DNA of 60,633 nt, counting the filler, from Sluysia triapertura (lineage: Eukaryota), in NCBI GenBank assembly GCA_046118255.1. It is 5 parts of 5 records of this genome, joined end to end, with 100 filler letters (N's around TTAATTAATTAA, not from the genome) between each part and the next. Parts side by side here need not be neighbours in the genome. Positions count along the whole stretch, not along the records: positions 36,988 to 49,508 come from JBJNIA010101767.1; positions 49,609 to 60,633 come from JBJNIA010189997.1; 3 more parts are not named here. One strand, 5' to 3'. Position 1 is the stretch's first letter. Each line of letters starts with the position of its first letter. A program made the position numbers and the translations under genes. Below, one piece after another: positions 40,525 to 55,501 of this stretch. Below the pieces are notes generated by a model. The model searched no databases. It was given only the letters and a program-made list of their open reading frames with translations, and was not told where the DNA came from.

Positions 40525-41615
40525 TCTTTAATGTACAAAACTGTTCAAGATTCTCAAACAAGAAACAAATTAGCAAATGAACTCATGACTTATCACATTA
40601 AAGTTAACGAAGAAAGTGTAAAGTAGTTATTTTCTAAACCTATCCCACCGCTGATAGATTTGAAGAAAGATATAAATAGTTTTGAGTGTCTTCCGCGAGA
40701 AATCAAAGAAAGTGACACTGAAATGGCAAGATTTGGGATTTATTAAACGTTGGAAAATCAGAGGCCTAGTACTAACCAAATTTATCCTTATGGTTAAGAA
40801 AGGTTATCGAGATCCACCGTATCATAATTGGACGCATGTCTTTACTGTGGCTCATTTTATTTATCTCTGTATTCTAAATTTGAACCTGGAAAAACAATTA
40901 ATCGCATTAGAAATATTTGCTTTGTTTATTGCGTCATTGTACCATGATATTGATCACCGGGATACTAATAATTCTTTTCAGGTGAATTCAAAATCAATTC
41001 TTGCAGCTGTTTTGAAAGGCATCACTTTTCACAAACTGTTTGCATTTTAAACAGCGATGGTTGTAACATTTTGGAAAGTCTTCCTCGACAGGAATATGAG
41101 CGAGTCTTAGATATAATTCGATATATTATTTTGGCTACAGATTTAGCTCAACATCTAAGAATTATTTCCGAACAAAGAGCTATGGTTGAATCAAAATATG
41201 ATTTCAATAATGATGGACACCATGTGTTATTGAGAGATCTGTTAATGACATGTGCAGACTTAAGCGATCAATCTAAAAATGGGAAAAATACAAGGGCCGT
41301 TGTAGAATTGATCTATGAGGAGTTTTTTACGAAAAATCAATTGGTCAAAAACCTGCTGAACAAATGGACAGAGAAAGAGTTTGTGTTCCAAGTTTACAAA
41401 TATCATTTCTTGATGGAATCGCATATCCATGTATCGAAATGTTTGCTAACCTATATCCGGAGCATGGAGCTGGTATGATCGAAAATATACGAAAAAATCG
41501 AATGATTTGGGAAAAGTTAAACCATGATATTAAAAATGGGAAAGTCTGTGCAAATACGTTTCAGTTATTTCATAAGGATATTTCTCCAAGTGGCAGTTTA
41601 ACTTCATTGCAATGA
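40525..41615 (+). pseudogene. PDE2A: Processed (intronless) PDE2A-like phosphodiesterase pseudogene, end of GAF-B through the catalytic domain
   Basis: SLMYK.V.....[80 protein letters not shown]. One in-frame stop, three frameshifting deletions, no introns. Confidence 0.92.
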
Positions 41616-42872
41616 TTTTTCCTAATTATTATTTATCTTGTAAAGAACTTGCTAAACACACCATTATATGACCAATTCTATTTTGATAAACTTCAAATAT
41701 ACCAATAATTAAATGACAATCAAAAATCTAGTAGTTTAAAGGAATAATTATTTATAATTATTTTTTGAATTTAACATAATTTAGTTTCAAAGTATTTAAA
41801 TTATAACAATATTTTGTTTTGAAAATTTATTCAAAATTAGCAATTTCAATTTGTTAAATTTTATTTTTAAATACTTAAAAATTATTTAAATACTTAAAAA
41901 ATGTTGATTTTTATCAAAAAGTAACAATAAATTTATTAAATAGTAAAATAAAATGAAATATATTCGTTGTAAATTTAAAAAAACGCTGAAACAATAACAG
42001 TAATTTGAAACTGAATTTAGTATTGGGTATATTTTAAATATTTATTTACTTTTAGTATTTTATGTATGTTCCAGATTTATTTTTAATTTGTAACATAAAT
42101 TAAAGTTACACAAACTTAAAAAATAAAAAATAAATTTATATTAAAAGAATCAATAATTATGGAATTTCTTTAATTATGAAGACAGTACACATTTTAGTTT
42201 TGATTGTCGTAATAACGACTAGTACAGCGATTTATGTTTCTTATTCATTTAAATGATCGAATTCTATTAAATCTCTATTGATCAAAAAGGTAATGACAAT
42301 CCATCATTTAGTAAATCATGTTATAAAAATTTGTTACTAAGATGTGACATTTTGTCGAATTATCTGAAGTGTAATATAAGTACTATGAAACGAAAATTAA
42401 GAATTTGGCTAGGTATGGTATCATGTTGGCAAGCTACCTTAATCATTGTCACAAATAAATCCAATTATTCGCTTGCTTTATTTAATCAATTAACAACATA
42501 ATTATTATCCGTGATTTGTTTAACAATTATGCCCATGATAGACAATTATAAAAAGAGTACTTTTTTTATTTTTATTTCCCGTTGTGTTTGCAATAGTGAT
42601 TCAACTGTTACGTATTTTATTGTCAGATCTTATTGTTTTATAAATAAAATATCAAATTTTGTAGTTTATTTAAATTCTTTACTTTTTAAAGGCACTAGGC
42701 CTAATTTGTTGACAAAAAAATTTGTTTTTTATTAATTGTTTTAAAATTAAAATTCGATTCTTTGTTGTTAATTAAATTGTTAAATTTTTTAACTAAAACA
42801 TTAAAAATAAACAAAAATATTAATAGTATATCTAAATTAAATTATTCATTGCCATCCACACACTCATAATTC

Positions 42873-42901
42873 TATGGCACTTTAGGCCTGTACCCCAACA
42901 C
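42873..42901. repeat. Third copy of the ATGGCACTTTAGGCCTGTACCCCAACA motif (end of the tRNA-derived repeat)
   Basis: Matches 5947-5974 and 38343-38369. Confidence 0.7.
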
Positions 42902-44299
42902 AAAGCCACCTATTAAAAACCAAATACAAAACAATTTCTTTAACTGTAGCTACCAGCAGACTTACAATAAGAATGGTACAATTACAGGTTAAGAATCAAA
43001 ATCTTACCCAACGAATTCCTTCGACACAAATAGCAAAATCAGTTGACCCTCAAAACAATAAAAACTTATACAACAACAAGTAAACTACCACAACAAATAA
43101 TTGGACAAATTTCATGCATATAAATACCTTAAGCAAACCAGTCATTCCATTCCCAATAGCCCAAGTTTCAGATGGGTATTCAAGCAATTCAATAATAAGA
43201 ATACGTTCATGATCAATACTCAAAACAGTATATTCCAATACTACAAATTATTAATTACTAAACCAAAACGCGTTCATTGGGCACTTAATGTCAACACTGT
43301 CCACATCATACCACTTAATAAGAAACCAAATATTGGAACTAATACTACTACTAACATCGCAGATCAAAACCATTATTGAATTAAATAAATAATGCGAATT
43401 ATTGAATTAAAGAAACTTATAAAGTTCAAAATATAACTTAGGAGGCGAGTCCACCTAACAGAAACGTCTTATATCTTGTCGAAGGCGGTCTATTAGGCTT
43501 TTAAGGAGTATGCAATTCTACTTTGGAAGAGTCACGTATTACGAAAATAATTACGTTTAATTGTGTGAATAGTACTCAATAGTTATCAAAAAATTCTTTA
43601 ATTAATTATAATTTACTAGATTTTGAGTTAGCCTTTTTACAGTCAAACTTTCAATAAACACGGTCTAATTATAAATCTTCTTTTTATATTTTATGATATT
43701 TAGCTAGCGAGGAGAGAATAATATTTTATTCATTAATGAACAAATGGAATTGTACTAAAGATGTATTAAGAAAATTTTATAAAGATTAATACAGAGGAAC
43801 AAATTGTAATAATAATATACAATTTAACACTTAAATCCGAAGATTTAGTGTAATATTAATTTAGCCAGTTACGGTCTAAGTGAAAAGAAATTAAATATTT
43901 TAAGTAGATTTTAATTCTCCCAGTTACGGTGAGAATATAAAACTTATTAAACAAAACCTTACTTTCGACATGGAAATTTGAATTGAACTGTCCGTGATGA
44001 TTTATTTTTCCGATATATGGCTTGTGAAAATTTTGCTAGAATTTCCTATTCTTAAATACAAAATTTTCAGTCGCCATATTGCCCTGTTTGTATTTTTTCA
44101 AAATTACTTCGTTTAAGCAAAAATAAAATTTTAATTTTATTAAATGTAAAAATTTAAATGATTTATTTAATTTGTTAAATTTAAAATTAATTTTATTTCT
44201 TCAATATAATAAAAATAAATAATTTAATAAAAATAAATGTAAGAATAAAAATGAATAAATGTAATTTATGATAATATAATGTCATTGTTATTTCACTTT

Positions 44300-45900
44300 C
44301 GCAGTTGGATCGTTCACAATTCTTCTACAGTTCTCACAATAATGAGTTGAAACAAATACGTTCCGATAAAGTAAAATACTCTACCGATATCATTTCACAA
44401 AACAACCAATCCTTACAAGGAAACAATATGAGACAACTAGCATCAAATATCATGCACAACATCACGAAAATAAATAAACAATGTTCATTACCAGAACAAA
44501 ATATACCATTACACAAACAGCACAAAAATTTCATTCATTACTAAACATCGCATAAAATTTAACACACAAAGTTTCCCTTCTATGCACAAACCAACAGTGT
44601 TAAAATAAATAAATCCCCAGCACAAATTACATATAAACTCCAATCAGAAATACAAGACAATAACCTTAAATCTCAACAAACATCAAATATACCTAAATTA
44701 ACCAAAATCCCCACTAAAAATTACACACAAAACCAAATTATTAATAAAAAGCATAATCAAATTCCTAATAAAGGTAATAAAATTATTGGATATTGCTTTT
44801 CCACCAAATTATCCTCTCTTATCTGCCCATAAGCATGAAAAAACAGTCAATTAATATAGGAATGTACCCTCAAGAATAATAAGGTTCTCTCTTGAAAGAC
44901 ACAATCAAATGCATCTAACCCTAAAAAATCTTAGAATCCGATATGTAATAATACTACCACAATCAAACATATACGTAAGACTATTACTTTATGTAATCCC
45001 AAACTTAATATCAAAAAATTAAGTCAGAATAAGATCACAATTTCAAATAAACCATGAACGCAACCCAATCAAATATATTTACATAACCATAAGAGCAATC
45101 AGTCACAAACGAAAAGTATCAGACGCATCCACTGCGCGGTTTCAGACATAAACAAACACCGCAATGTGTAAACCACAACTCTCAATCCAAAGACAAAATT
45201 CGCCACCACATTATAACAATAATTCCAGTCAAATCAAGAATACACCCACATCAAACTAATACTCTAATCACAATTATTAAAGACTACAAAGATCATGATT
45301 GAATGACGCCATCATTAATCAAATCACTTGTGTTGCTTATACCTTAAAACCAACTAAAAAAATTTTGCAAAATAAAACATTATACGATATAGCAAACTGT
45401 AAGAATGTTTGGTTTCTCTACAAGACCAAGCCTTAAAACCAAGCCATGCCATCTTTAGTAAAAGTAGTTTTGGCTGGCAATCAAATCGATAAAATTGAAG
45501 ACTTCGTCCAACTCGCAGAGAAGATAATAATCCAGTGGGTTACCAACCACCCTCAAACATAAACGCATTGCAAGGCGCATCAAATACCTAAGTCAAAACA
45601 ACCTCAATATCCAACAATGCACTCGAAATAGTATCAATGAGAATTGATGTATTGACCACCTAAATGGAACAAATAACAAAAATGATAAGCACAAGTCTTC
45701 CGGACAGATAACAATGAAACAAGATTCATCTACAAGTTCCCGATCATCTTCAAAATCAAGACTAGTATTTTCAACATGCGAAGCTCAACTCCCAGGCAAG
45801 AGCGACGTATCAGCTATCTTTCCAAATTCAATTTCAACATTGAATATATTCCGGACAAGAAAATGCGGTCGCTGGCACCTTAATCAGCAGCATTGATTTT
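44300..45900 (+). mobile_element. Probable degenerate non-LTR retrotransposon 5' part (gag-like ORF1 and start of ORF2)
   Basis: Strongly A/C-rich strand; eroded Cys/His knuckle-like segment near 45120-45290; IFNMRS at about 45768 resembles the start of an APE endonuclease. Confidence 0.4.
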
Positions 45901-45979
45901 TTAACAATGTTTACATCCATTACAAATTATAAATACAACTTTAAAATCATTAATATTAAAATTATAATAATTAATTGCA

Positions 45980-46610
45980 ATGTCATCAAAATTAATTTTA
46001 TCTGCATCGTCATCAATGTCATTGCCAAGAGCACTGTTAAAAATACAAATTTCTGAATATTTTAAAATATTTCAATATTGCAGCAATCTAATAAATTTAT
46101 TGTATTGAGTGAATTTGATGAGAAGTGCAAAAGAAATTTAATTCAAAATTTGGAGATAGAATCAGATATGATTAGAATTGTAAATATTGATAATGTAATT
46201 AGAAAGATACTAAAAATATTAAAAGATTTAACTGAAGTATATCATGAATTTTATAAATTTTAGCGATTTTAAAATGCTTTGCAGATGCATTATGAAATCG
46301 TTTGTTGCTGGTCCTCTTTCTTAATTATCAGAATTTCTGAAATTGATGAATCACAAAATATTAATGTTAGCCATGCAATGAAAACGTTGCGTCCAGATAT
46401 AGAATTGTTCACAGTCCATCAATTAAGTTTAACTTTACTATATTGAAAAATTATGTGCATGTGGCATTTCGTCCTTATGGAAAAGCGAAGAAGTGGTTTT
46501 TAAAGAATTTTACTAAATTAAGGATGTTGTACCGTCTGAATGTTTTCCGTTTGTTTTGCAGATTTCAAGTAATTTAGAAAAGGCTATAGATGAAATTATG
46601 ATGGCTTAAG
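45980..46610 (+). pseudogene. Decayed coding fragment of unknown identity
   Basis: Protein-like overlapping frames broken by stops and frameshifts. Confidence 0.25.
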
Positions 46611-48280
46611 AAATCAATTTAGTAGTGAACATTTGGGACACTTGAATGATCTGCTCATGTCCGCACAAAATAACGCACTTAGCCATAATCTACAAACTAA
46701 TCAAATTCACACTAAAGCCATGGACAATATTGCATCTTCTAGTCAGGTTAACAAGTCTAGACTTAATTTAATTTTAAATATTTGTTACACGAACAGATTA
46801 TCTTTATTTTTATTTATTATTAAGAGACTCTTACAAGAAAATCCACGGCATGCCAGAGTACAAACAATTTAATAGATAATCATATAAAATTAACCATTTA
46901 GTACGTGTCAATTTTAGTCAATTTATAATAAATTTAGGTTTTCTTACTTTACTATTTTATTGAATAAAAAAGTTAATGATAAAATTTTTAAATTAAATCT
47001 TGTTAATTTGTTTTATAAAAGGAAAGAAAAAAATTTTAATTTAATTCATATTAATTATGATCAAAGAAGTGATAGTAAGACTATAACTAAAATACCTTTA
47101 ATTCAACAACATCCAAACTCACTTCCTCATATTAATATACACATGAATATGCATTTTAATACGCGCATTTAATAACAATAACAACTGCACTTACATTTTT
47201 ACTTAGTTGTGCATGCACGCATAACTAAATCCCTTCAAATCAACTTTTCATAACAATATAAAATGTACAAAATTCAAATATTATTATTGTTATTTTTTCT
47301 GTCATAAAAAAGCAATTACTTATTGTTGTCTTATTCCATATCATTTCCTGTTTGCATTTATTGCTGTTTCTTACTTTTGTTATTCTTGTTATTTCTCTCT
47401 TCTCTAAGCTAAAGATTATAATAATGATATAAGCGTTAAAACGTTATTTGATGAATGTAAAACAAATTTAAAAGAAATATATACGGTTTTTAATCATGAC
47501 AGATATTCATTCAGTCACATTGTTCATCAACAGTAGCTGTTCAAATTTCTTGTTCCCGTATTAAACATAAAATCGCAATATTACATGTTAGAAATTATAT
47601 TATGTTGTTATTTCTGTTACTGCTGTTAATGAACATATCTAATATATATACAATATTATTATCTATTCATTTGCTTAAATATTGAAAATAAATCTTTGCA
47701 GATAAAACATTGATTCTGATATATAAAGTTGAAAAGTTAAGATATAGGTGAAGAAGCCATATTTGAATATTTAAAACCTACACATATTACTGCTGATCTT
47801 CAAGCTAATTTAAATACAATGCAAGTTATTTAATATCTGAATCTCAATGTTAATATCTCTGCGTAAATTTACAGTTTATTATTCTATTAAAAAATCAAGG
47901 TACATATATGAGAATTAAATTGTTCATTGAGGAAGTTAAAATTTTACTGGTAATCAATTTGATTCAATATATTGTTAGTCGAAGAAATTGTTTAATACAT
48001 ATATATATTTATGGATAACGATGGTTCTATAATTTCAACAAAATATTATTTTTTATATCGATATTTCTACAATATAATTATTAAGTTTCGTAAAATGTAA
48101 TAGATTATTAATTGGCTGTTTCGATCTGTAACTGTTTGCATTATTTTGTGATGGTTTAATATTTATATGTATAAAAGTAAAGATCGAACTACTGAACTGT
48201 TTCTATGTAAAAATTTTTATGCAAGACTACGATTTATTTATTTACTATTTTGCAAAAGAATAATAAATTGTTTATTCATA

Positions 48281-48516
48281 ATGAAATATACATCAAAAAG
48301 CAGTTCCAGATTAAACATTTCTAATCAATCTAATAAAAAGTTACAAAAGTCTGGATCATCTAGTACATCATTACTTCCAACTGGATGGAAAAGGGGAAGA
48401 AATTATTAAATCAAATGGTTTGTATTCTGGCAAAACGGATATTTGTTATATCACCAACGAATGAAAAGATTCATACTAAAGATGAAAATAATCCTGTCAA
48501 CCTAAACAGCATGGGG
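48281..48516 (+). pseudogene. MBD2/3-like methyl-CpG-binding domain fragment, frameshifted
   Basis: LLPTGWKR/EEIIKSNGLYSGKTDICYI/PTNEKIHTKDE versus MBD2/3 [36 protein letters not shown]; two frameshifts. Confidence 0.75.
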
Positions 48517-49508
48517 TAAGTGTTCCTGATCATTTTAATAGAATTTCTTCAGACCCTTGTTCAGTACCCAAGAAATAGAATTATCCAAACATTCAAAATA
48601 CAAATGTGTCAATGTGCAATGTGTAATATATAAATCTAAATCTAAAAGTAGGTGTAATGTCACTGTGTAAATATAGATAGTATTATCTAAATAATAATTG
48701 ATTTTTATTAGCATACATATATAAATCTAAAAATAGTATAATCATTGATTTCATTAGCATTGTAATTTTAAATAGTTAAAAAATTATTGTTGGTATTATT
48801 ATTAGTATTATCATTATTTGTAGTTTATTATTTGTTATCACTATTATTTTATTAATATTATATTACTGTTATATTACTATTTAAATAAATTAAATAATAT
48901 AAAACCCACAAAATTACACGAAAAACACAAATTTTTCTTAGTGGGGCTTTCATCACGACTTTTCAAAAATACTTCTTGGAGATATATCAATTTATCCTTC
49001 GAATTTGCTTTGACAGTTATTGAAAAAACACTTAATCCTTCTTCGACATCCATTGGGATTTACTTGCAATTCTTTTCAACCATTAGTTTGTTTTTATAAG
49101 ATTGAGTCATTTTTAATTGCTCGTAATTTTCATACCTAATGTTCATTTTAAAATTTTTGTCACGACCCCCTTTTTAAGAGGGAGGTAATTAATTAACTAA
49201 ACTTTCAATAAAATATTATATTATAATCTCCGTAAACTACGTATATACATATTATATATAATTTCTCTTAATTACTGTGTGTTATGTTATATAATAAATT
49301 GTACTAAAAATAGATGTAATATGTGTTACAAGTTGTAATATGTTATGTTGTAATAAATTGTATGTTTAAAACTAAAAATAGATTTAATATGTAGATTTAA
49401 TGTGTTACAAATAAATCAATATTTATGTTATATTATGTTCGGTTTTACTACTACCTGAACAATTATGAAAAATTTTAAGTTTATACTTTGGGTTCGCCTA
49501 CGTCAATC

Positions 49509-49608
49509 NNNNNNNNNNNNNNNNNNNNNNNNNNNNNNNNNNNNNNNNNNNNTTAATTAATTAANNNNNNNNNNNNNNNNNNNNNNNNNNNNNNNNNNNN
49601 NNNNNNNN
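49509..49608. other. Artificial contig linker
   Basis: N44-TTAATTAATTAA-N44. Confidence 0.97.
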
Positions 49609-50599
49609 AATTAGTATGAATCATGATCCCAATTATGTATGGAATGTTAGAAAAAGCATGAACCTTGTAAATAATCTGAATCATCTTGTAAATAATCTGA
49701 ATCATCACACTAAATGTATATCTAACGTTAGCAAAAGTATGAACCGCGTACTTAGTTAGAAAGGTACGAACTATGTCAACAATTCGAATGGCGTCACGGA
49801 CCACTTATTTAGCAGCGGCACAAGTACGGATTGTAGCGAAGGCATGACTAATGATTCGAAACGAGCGATTATTATTAGAGGAGGTATATATTTTCTTAAT
49901 TGTAAATTAACTTCAAATATGTCTAGTTCTTTTCTTAATCGTATTATTATTTATAACTTTAGAGATATCAATACGTGTCCTGACAAAACTGGATCATGTG
50001 GCGAACTTGATTTAATAAATGTGTGAATTTTGTAAATACTAAAATTTTAATAAATGTTTATTTTAAAGGTTTTAAAATTAATTTCTCTGATATTCGCTAT
50101 AAACGACATAAATTAACCAATTTTGAAATCCATCTTAAATCTTTCAAATATTCAATAGCTAGTATAAATGTAAATGTCCATAATCCTACAAAAGTCGATA
50201 TTCTATTCGACCACAACTTTAAATTGCACAATTCGGCAGACGTTGCACTCGTCCACATCCATCCTTTTATGCCATTCACAACGCCCTCTAACTTGTTCAT
50301 CATTTCCATTCTTAATACAACATTAAAATATAGAGTTAATATACCAATAAACTCCATAGAAGCCTTGCCACTCGGAGATTATAATTTCCATACAATATAA
50401 AAGTATAATATTTAAAACCTTGAAATGTTCAATTTTAAATTATCATAATAAGATTATAAATCTCTATCTGGCGTCAAAAACCATATACACCCTAAATTGG
50501 TTTCAATTACCCAAAGATACAAAAACTCCAAAATTTATTAACCTTGAAGCACATAAATGTAAAACGAATATGTATTTGCACATGTTGTATGTCTTAAGT

Positions 50600-50940
50600 A
50601 ACAATAGTACATTAATAATAATGCTTTTATGGCTGTCTAATCGATGTTTAATTATGTGATTCACTATTTCTACTACCTCATTTGCTTGTGAATAGATTAT
50701 GCTTGCATAGTCGTGATTTATATTTCATCTCAAATATTATTCAAATTATTTGATTTGGATCACCATGCACTATCAGTCATTATTATTCTTGGATTATAAA
50801 CAAATTATTCACGCATCCATGATATTTACATCTACTCAGATAATTTAAATAAATATCAATCCACAAAATTCAAAATATGCAGTTCTCTGTCCATTGATAT
50901 GATGAAGTAAATTCCATAGAAATGGTATCCCAACATTAAT
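50600..50940 (-). mobile_element. Degenerate Ty3/Gypsy integrase core
   Basis: WDTISMEF, RIIMTDSA and YSQANEVVEIVNHIIK resemble W..ISMDF, I.TD.G and PQANG.VER.N..IK. Confidence 0.6.
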
Positions 50941-52674
50941 TAACAAAATATGTAAGTTTGTCAATTTATCTTTAATGACTTCAGAAATTTTAAGAAACAT
51001 TCACTGAATCATCACACTCTTATTCGAACAAGTTCAAATTTTAAATTTTAAATTATCAATCACAATAATGAGTAAATTTAACCTTAACTAAGTAGAAGTA
51101 TTGAAATAATAAAATTGAAGAAGTATTCTATAAAAAGAATAAGCAAGATTATCATGAAGAAAATCCAAATTGAAACGAATTAGAAAAAAGATTATAATTT
51201 AATGACGATTCATAAAATGAAAAAAATTCTAATAAAGACGAATAAATGGAAGGACATGGTGCATTTTTATTTTATGAAGACTATTTTAATGTATTGAAAG
51301 AAAAACAGAGTTTGAATGAAACTGTAAAGCGGTACCAATAATGATCGACATGCAGAACTTATTTATTTGAATTTAAATGAAACTATTATTCAAATATTGC
51401 AGTAAATGATCATTCTTTCAATATCAAGAATTTACGACAATCAATTGGAAGGTATATCTATTGTTACTATTGAAACTACTTCGAAAATATTATTCGACGA
51501 GACCTAATCGAAAGTTGCTTATGTGAGAGTATCGATTCAATTAAACTGATTTGTTTACTCTGTCATGGACAATGTGCAAGTTACTATTTTAAGAAATAAT
51601 ACTTCATTGGACAATTCGTACATCCAATTGATAAATTAACAATGAATGTTGAAAAGACGCACTTTCATCAATATTATAATGTCAGTTAATATATAATCAA
51701 ATTGTAATAAAAAGCTGACAATATTTGAAAGACATTTTTCAAGACCTTGAAAAGATTAAGTTTAATTCAGTATAAAAGATGAAGTAATAGACAGTCATAT
51801 TCTGACGATATTTTAGAATCTTATTACAACTTCTTTGAAGATAAGGAGTGTTGAGGGCGATAAATAAATTATTTTATTAAAATGATGATTATTTTTACAT
51901 TTTTTAATCCTTTATTAAGAAAATTTAAAACATTAATTAAGTAAAAACAATTTAACTTTAATTTAATGATTCTTAACAAAATAGGCTTAATGCCTGTAAA
52001 AATCAACAAATCTAAAACAGTAACAAAGTGTGACATTTTATTAGAAATAAAATATAACAAGTGAAGAACGGGTATTAACAAAATTAATAATAAAACTAGC
52101 TGTACTGCAAAGAACATCTTCCTTACCAGACAGCATCCGAACATTACATCAAGAAGCCGCACTCACAATTACAGCCACAAACGACTTCATTTTTATTGGG
52201 TGGTCTCAAAAAGAAAGTGTTGTAAAGTAAACCACATATACCATCTCCACAAAATCATTGAAATCTGTAGTGACCAACAAATAGCCGGACAATAATTTGG
52301 CGTTTCTTAAGTGTGAATTATATTTGGTAGTTTGTTTGAATTTTATTGGTATTCTGTTTGTCTTTCCCATACTACTATTTACAGATTCTGATCGTACTAA
52401 TTCGTATTTAATGGGCATTATTCCACAATTGGCTAAGCGATTCGTTCTAATTCGAATATGTTTTTTCAAAGCTGTGGATACTTTACTAATGGATAGAACA
52501 GTGCTACTCCGAAAATAATCCATAGAAATAATACTTTTAAAGCGACAATCAAGTAGATTACTTTAACATTTTAATTCTTGGTGATGTGTTAAAGTGACTC
52601 GTTGAATGTCGATTGTCGAGTTGTTATGTAGATTGAAGCAGAAATAAGCGTTTTAAATATTGTTATTGCACCAA

Positions 52675-53347
52675 TTACCCAAATGATGTTAGCTCGATTA
52701 ATTTCAATCGGCCATTAGTACCACTTTTCTTTTTAGAACGATTCGTTCCTTTCTGTAAATTATTTCTAGCAAAAATAAGTGGCGCAATTTCTTTATAAGA
52801 ATTATCTAGAGCTATTTTTAAAGCATTCCTACCAGTATTATCTTCTAGTTCTGTATCTATATCGCTTCTTGACAATAAAAGACATACAACTTCCAAACGA
52901 CTATTATCACAAGCACACATTAATGCAGTGCTTCCATACCGATCAGTAAGATTAATTGACGCCTCAGCATTTAATAACCATTGAACTAATTTTACTTGAC
53001 CATGACTTGAAGCAATCATTAAAGCTGTTTGTTGTGCATCATTATCAGATAGTTGATTTACATTCTATTTGAGTATTAATTGACATATTAGCTTCTTTAT
53101 TCAAGTAATTCGATACAGAAGCCAACATTAATACAGAATACCCAACTTTGTTTGTTGCACTTAGCTTTACCAGATCAGTATCAAAAATACACTTAACAAT
53201 CGTCCACCTACCTTTCTTAACTGAATAATGAAGACAAGTACTACGATTTGTATTTGTCATATTAATAATCTTTTCCAAAAGTATCGGGTTGTGCGAATGA
53301 AATTCATTCAAATAATTCTTAATATTGATATTGTTATCTGATGTCAC
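52675..53347 (-). pseudogene. KANK: Processed KANK-family ankyrin-repeat C-terminal fragment
   Basis: TCLHYSV..W.IVK, NKVGYSVLMLAS, QTALMIASSHG, GSTALMCACD and EDNTGRNALKIAL follow the KANK ankyrin series. Frameshift near 53050; no introns. Confidence 0.85.
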
Positions 53348-53348
53348 T

Positions 53349-53432
53349 TAATAATTGTTTGTTTAATAATCTGTGTATATGTGAAATGTTTTTATGTGAT
53401 GAAGTGTGATGAAATTTGTGTGATTTCCCACA
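53349..53432 (-). mobile_element. LTR-like repeat family H, short 5' copy fused to the KANK fragment
   Basis: Reverse complement TGTGGGAAATCACACAAATTTCATCACACTTCATCACATAAAAACATTTCACATATACACAGATTATTAAA is nearly identical to 39737-39810. Confidence 0.85.
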
Positions 53433-53570
53433 GTCTGTGGGGAAGCTTTTTCTTTTTTATGATTAAAAATTTATCGAAATCGTTAAAAACTTCAATTAAT
53501 ATGGAACACTTCAAACAAAACTTATAAACAATTAACATAATAGGCTTAAGGCTTTTTAAAAACAAAAATT

Positions 53571-53930
53571 TTAAAAATAAATAAGGTTGAATTTTATATT
53601 AACAAGGATAAAAATTATAAAAATATAAATAACGTTAATAAATGAATAACGTGAGATGTTACCATCCATAATTATCGTGCTACTTACATCGAATAAAACT
53701 GCTGATGATTTTTCAGTTTCACCAATTAAAGTAAAATTTTCATCAGTAATATTTCCAAAAATTCGAAAAATAAATAAATCGACTGAGCAAAGGAGTACTG
53801 TTTTGTGATTCCTCCACTTTATTACACGATTCATTTCTTTACTCGAATCGTGGGCCTCATTGATCCAATGCGTGAAATAGTCACTTATTTCATAACCATT
53901 ATTACAATTATTAGTATCAAGCCCGATCAC
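53571..53930 (-). pseudogene. Unidentified coding-like fragment
   Basis: 119-aa ORF with protein-like composition in the first ~95 aa; no recognised motif. Confidence 0.25.
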
Positions 53931-54728
53931 AACTGATTGATAACAAAATTAAACAGATAAATAGAACGTAAAGATAGTATTTACAATTCTTTTGCACATG
54001 TTTGAGACGTAATATAATTTTCATAATTTGACTAACATTTATAGCAGAAATAAATAAAATTAGTCTCTTTTGAAAAAAATCGATAAAAAATATTTTTATT
54101 TAATTATTAGTTTATTTTTCCTTTATTTTATATTTCCAGGTACTATGGCGACATCGAAATTGGCAATAACATTGGTGATGGTAATAGAATATGAAAGTAG
54201 TAGGAACACTAGTAGTAACAGTAGTAGATGTTTCTAAATTCATAAATCATAAATATTATTTGGGTAAAATTTGATATAATGAATATGAAAAATATTTCAT
54301 GAAATTGTAAATTATAAGTCCAGTGGGGAAGTTCAAAAAAATACATTTAGTTATAATTAAATAATTTAATTTATGTAGCGTAACCAATAAATCTTTTAAC
54401 ACATCAATTTGTTGTTTACTTGAATCACTTAAACTAAAGAAATCAGTGTTAAATTGAGTCAAATATGTATTTCTGAATTCATAATACAATTTGAATAAAT
54501 TCCATTTAATTCTGAGTTAAGTTTCAATATTTTATCATTTATAATTTTAATATCACTTTCTAAATTGTTTAAAGTCATTAAAATAGAATAAAAATTTTTT
54601 ATTGCTGTTCTAATTTCTTTTGTACTAGTATATTTTTTGTTTTCACATTTTGCCGAAGATAGAGAACAGAACAGATTAAATTATGTTCATTAATAAATGA
54701 CACAATTATTAAAACTACCGGTTTAAAT

Positions 54729-55501
<773 letters not shown>

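Noticed and set aside
40525-41615. Programmed frameshifting or an alternative genetic code rescuing PDE2, TTBK or KANK
   Set aside because: Lesions are deletions of conserved residues (including the kinase DFG), and native genes read cleanly in the standard code.
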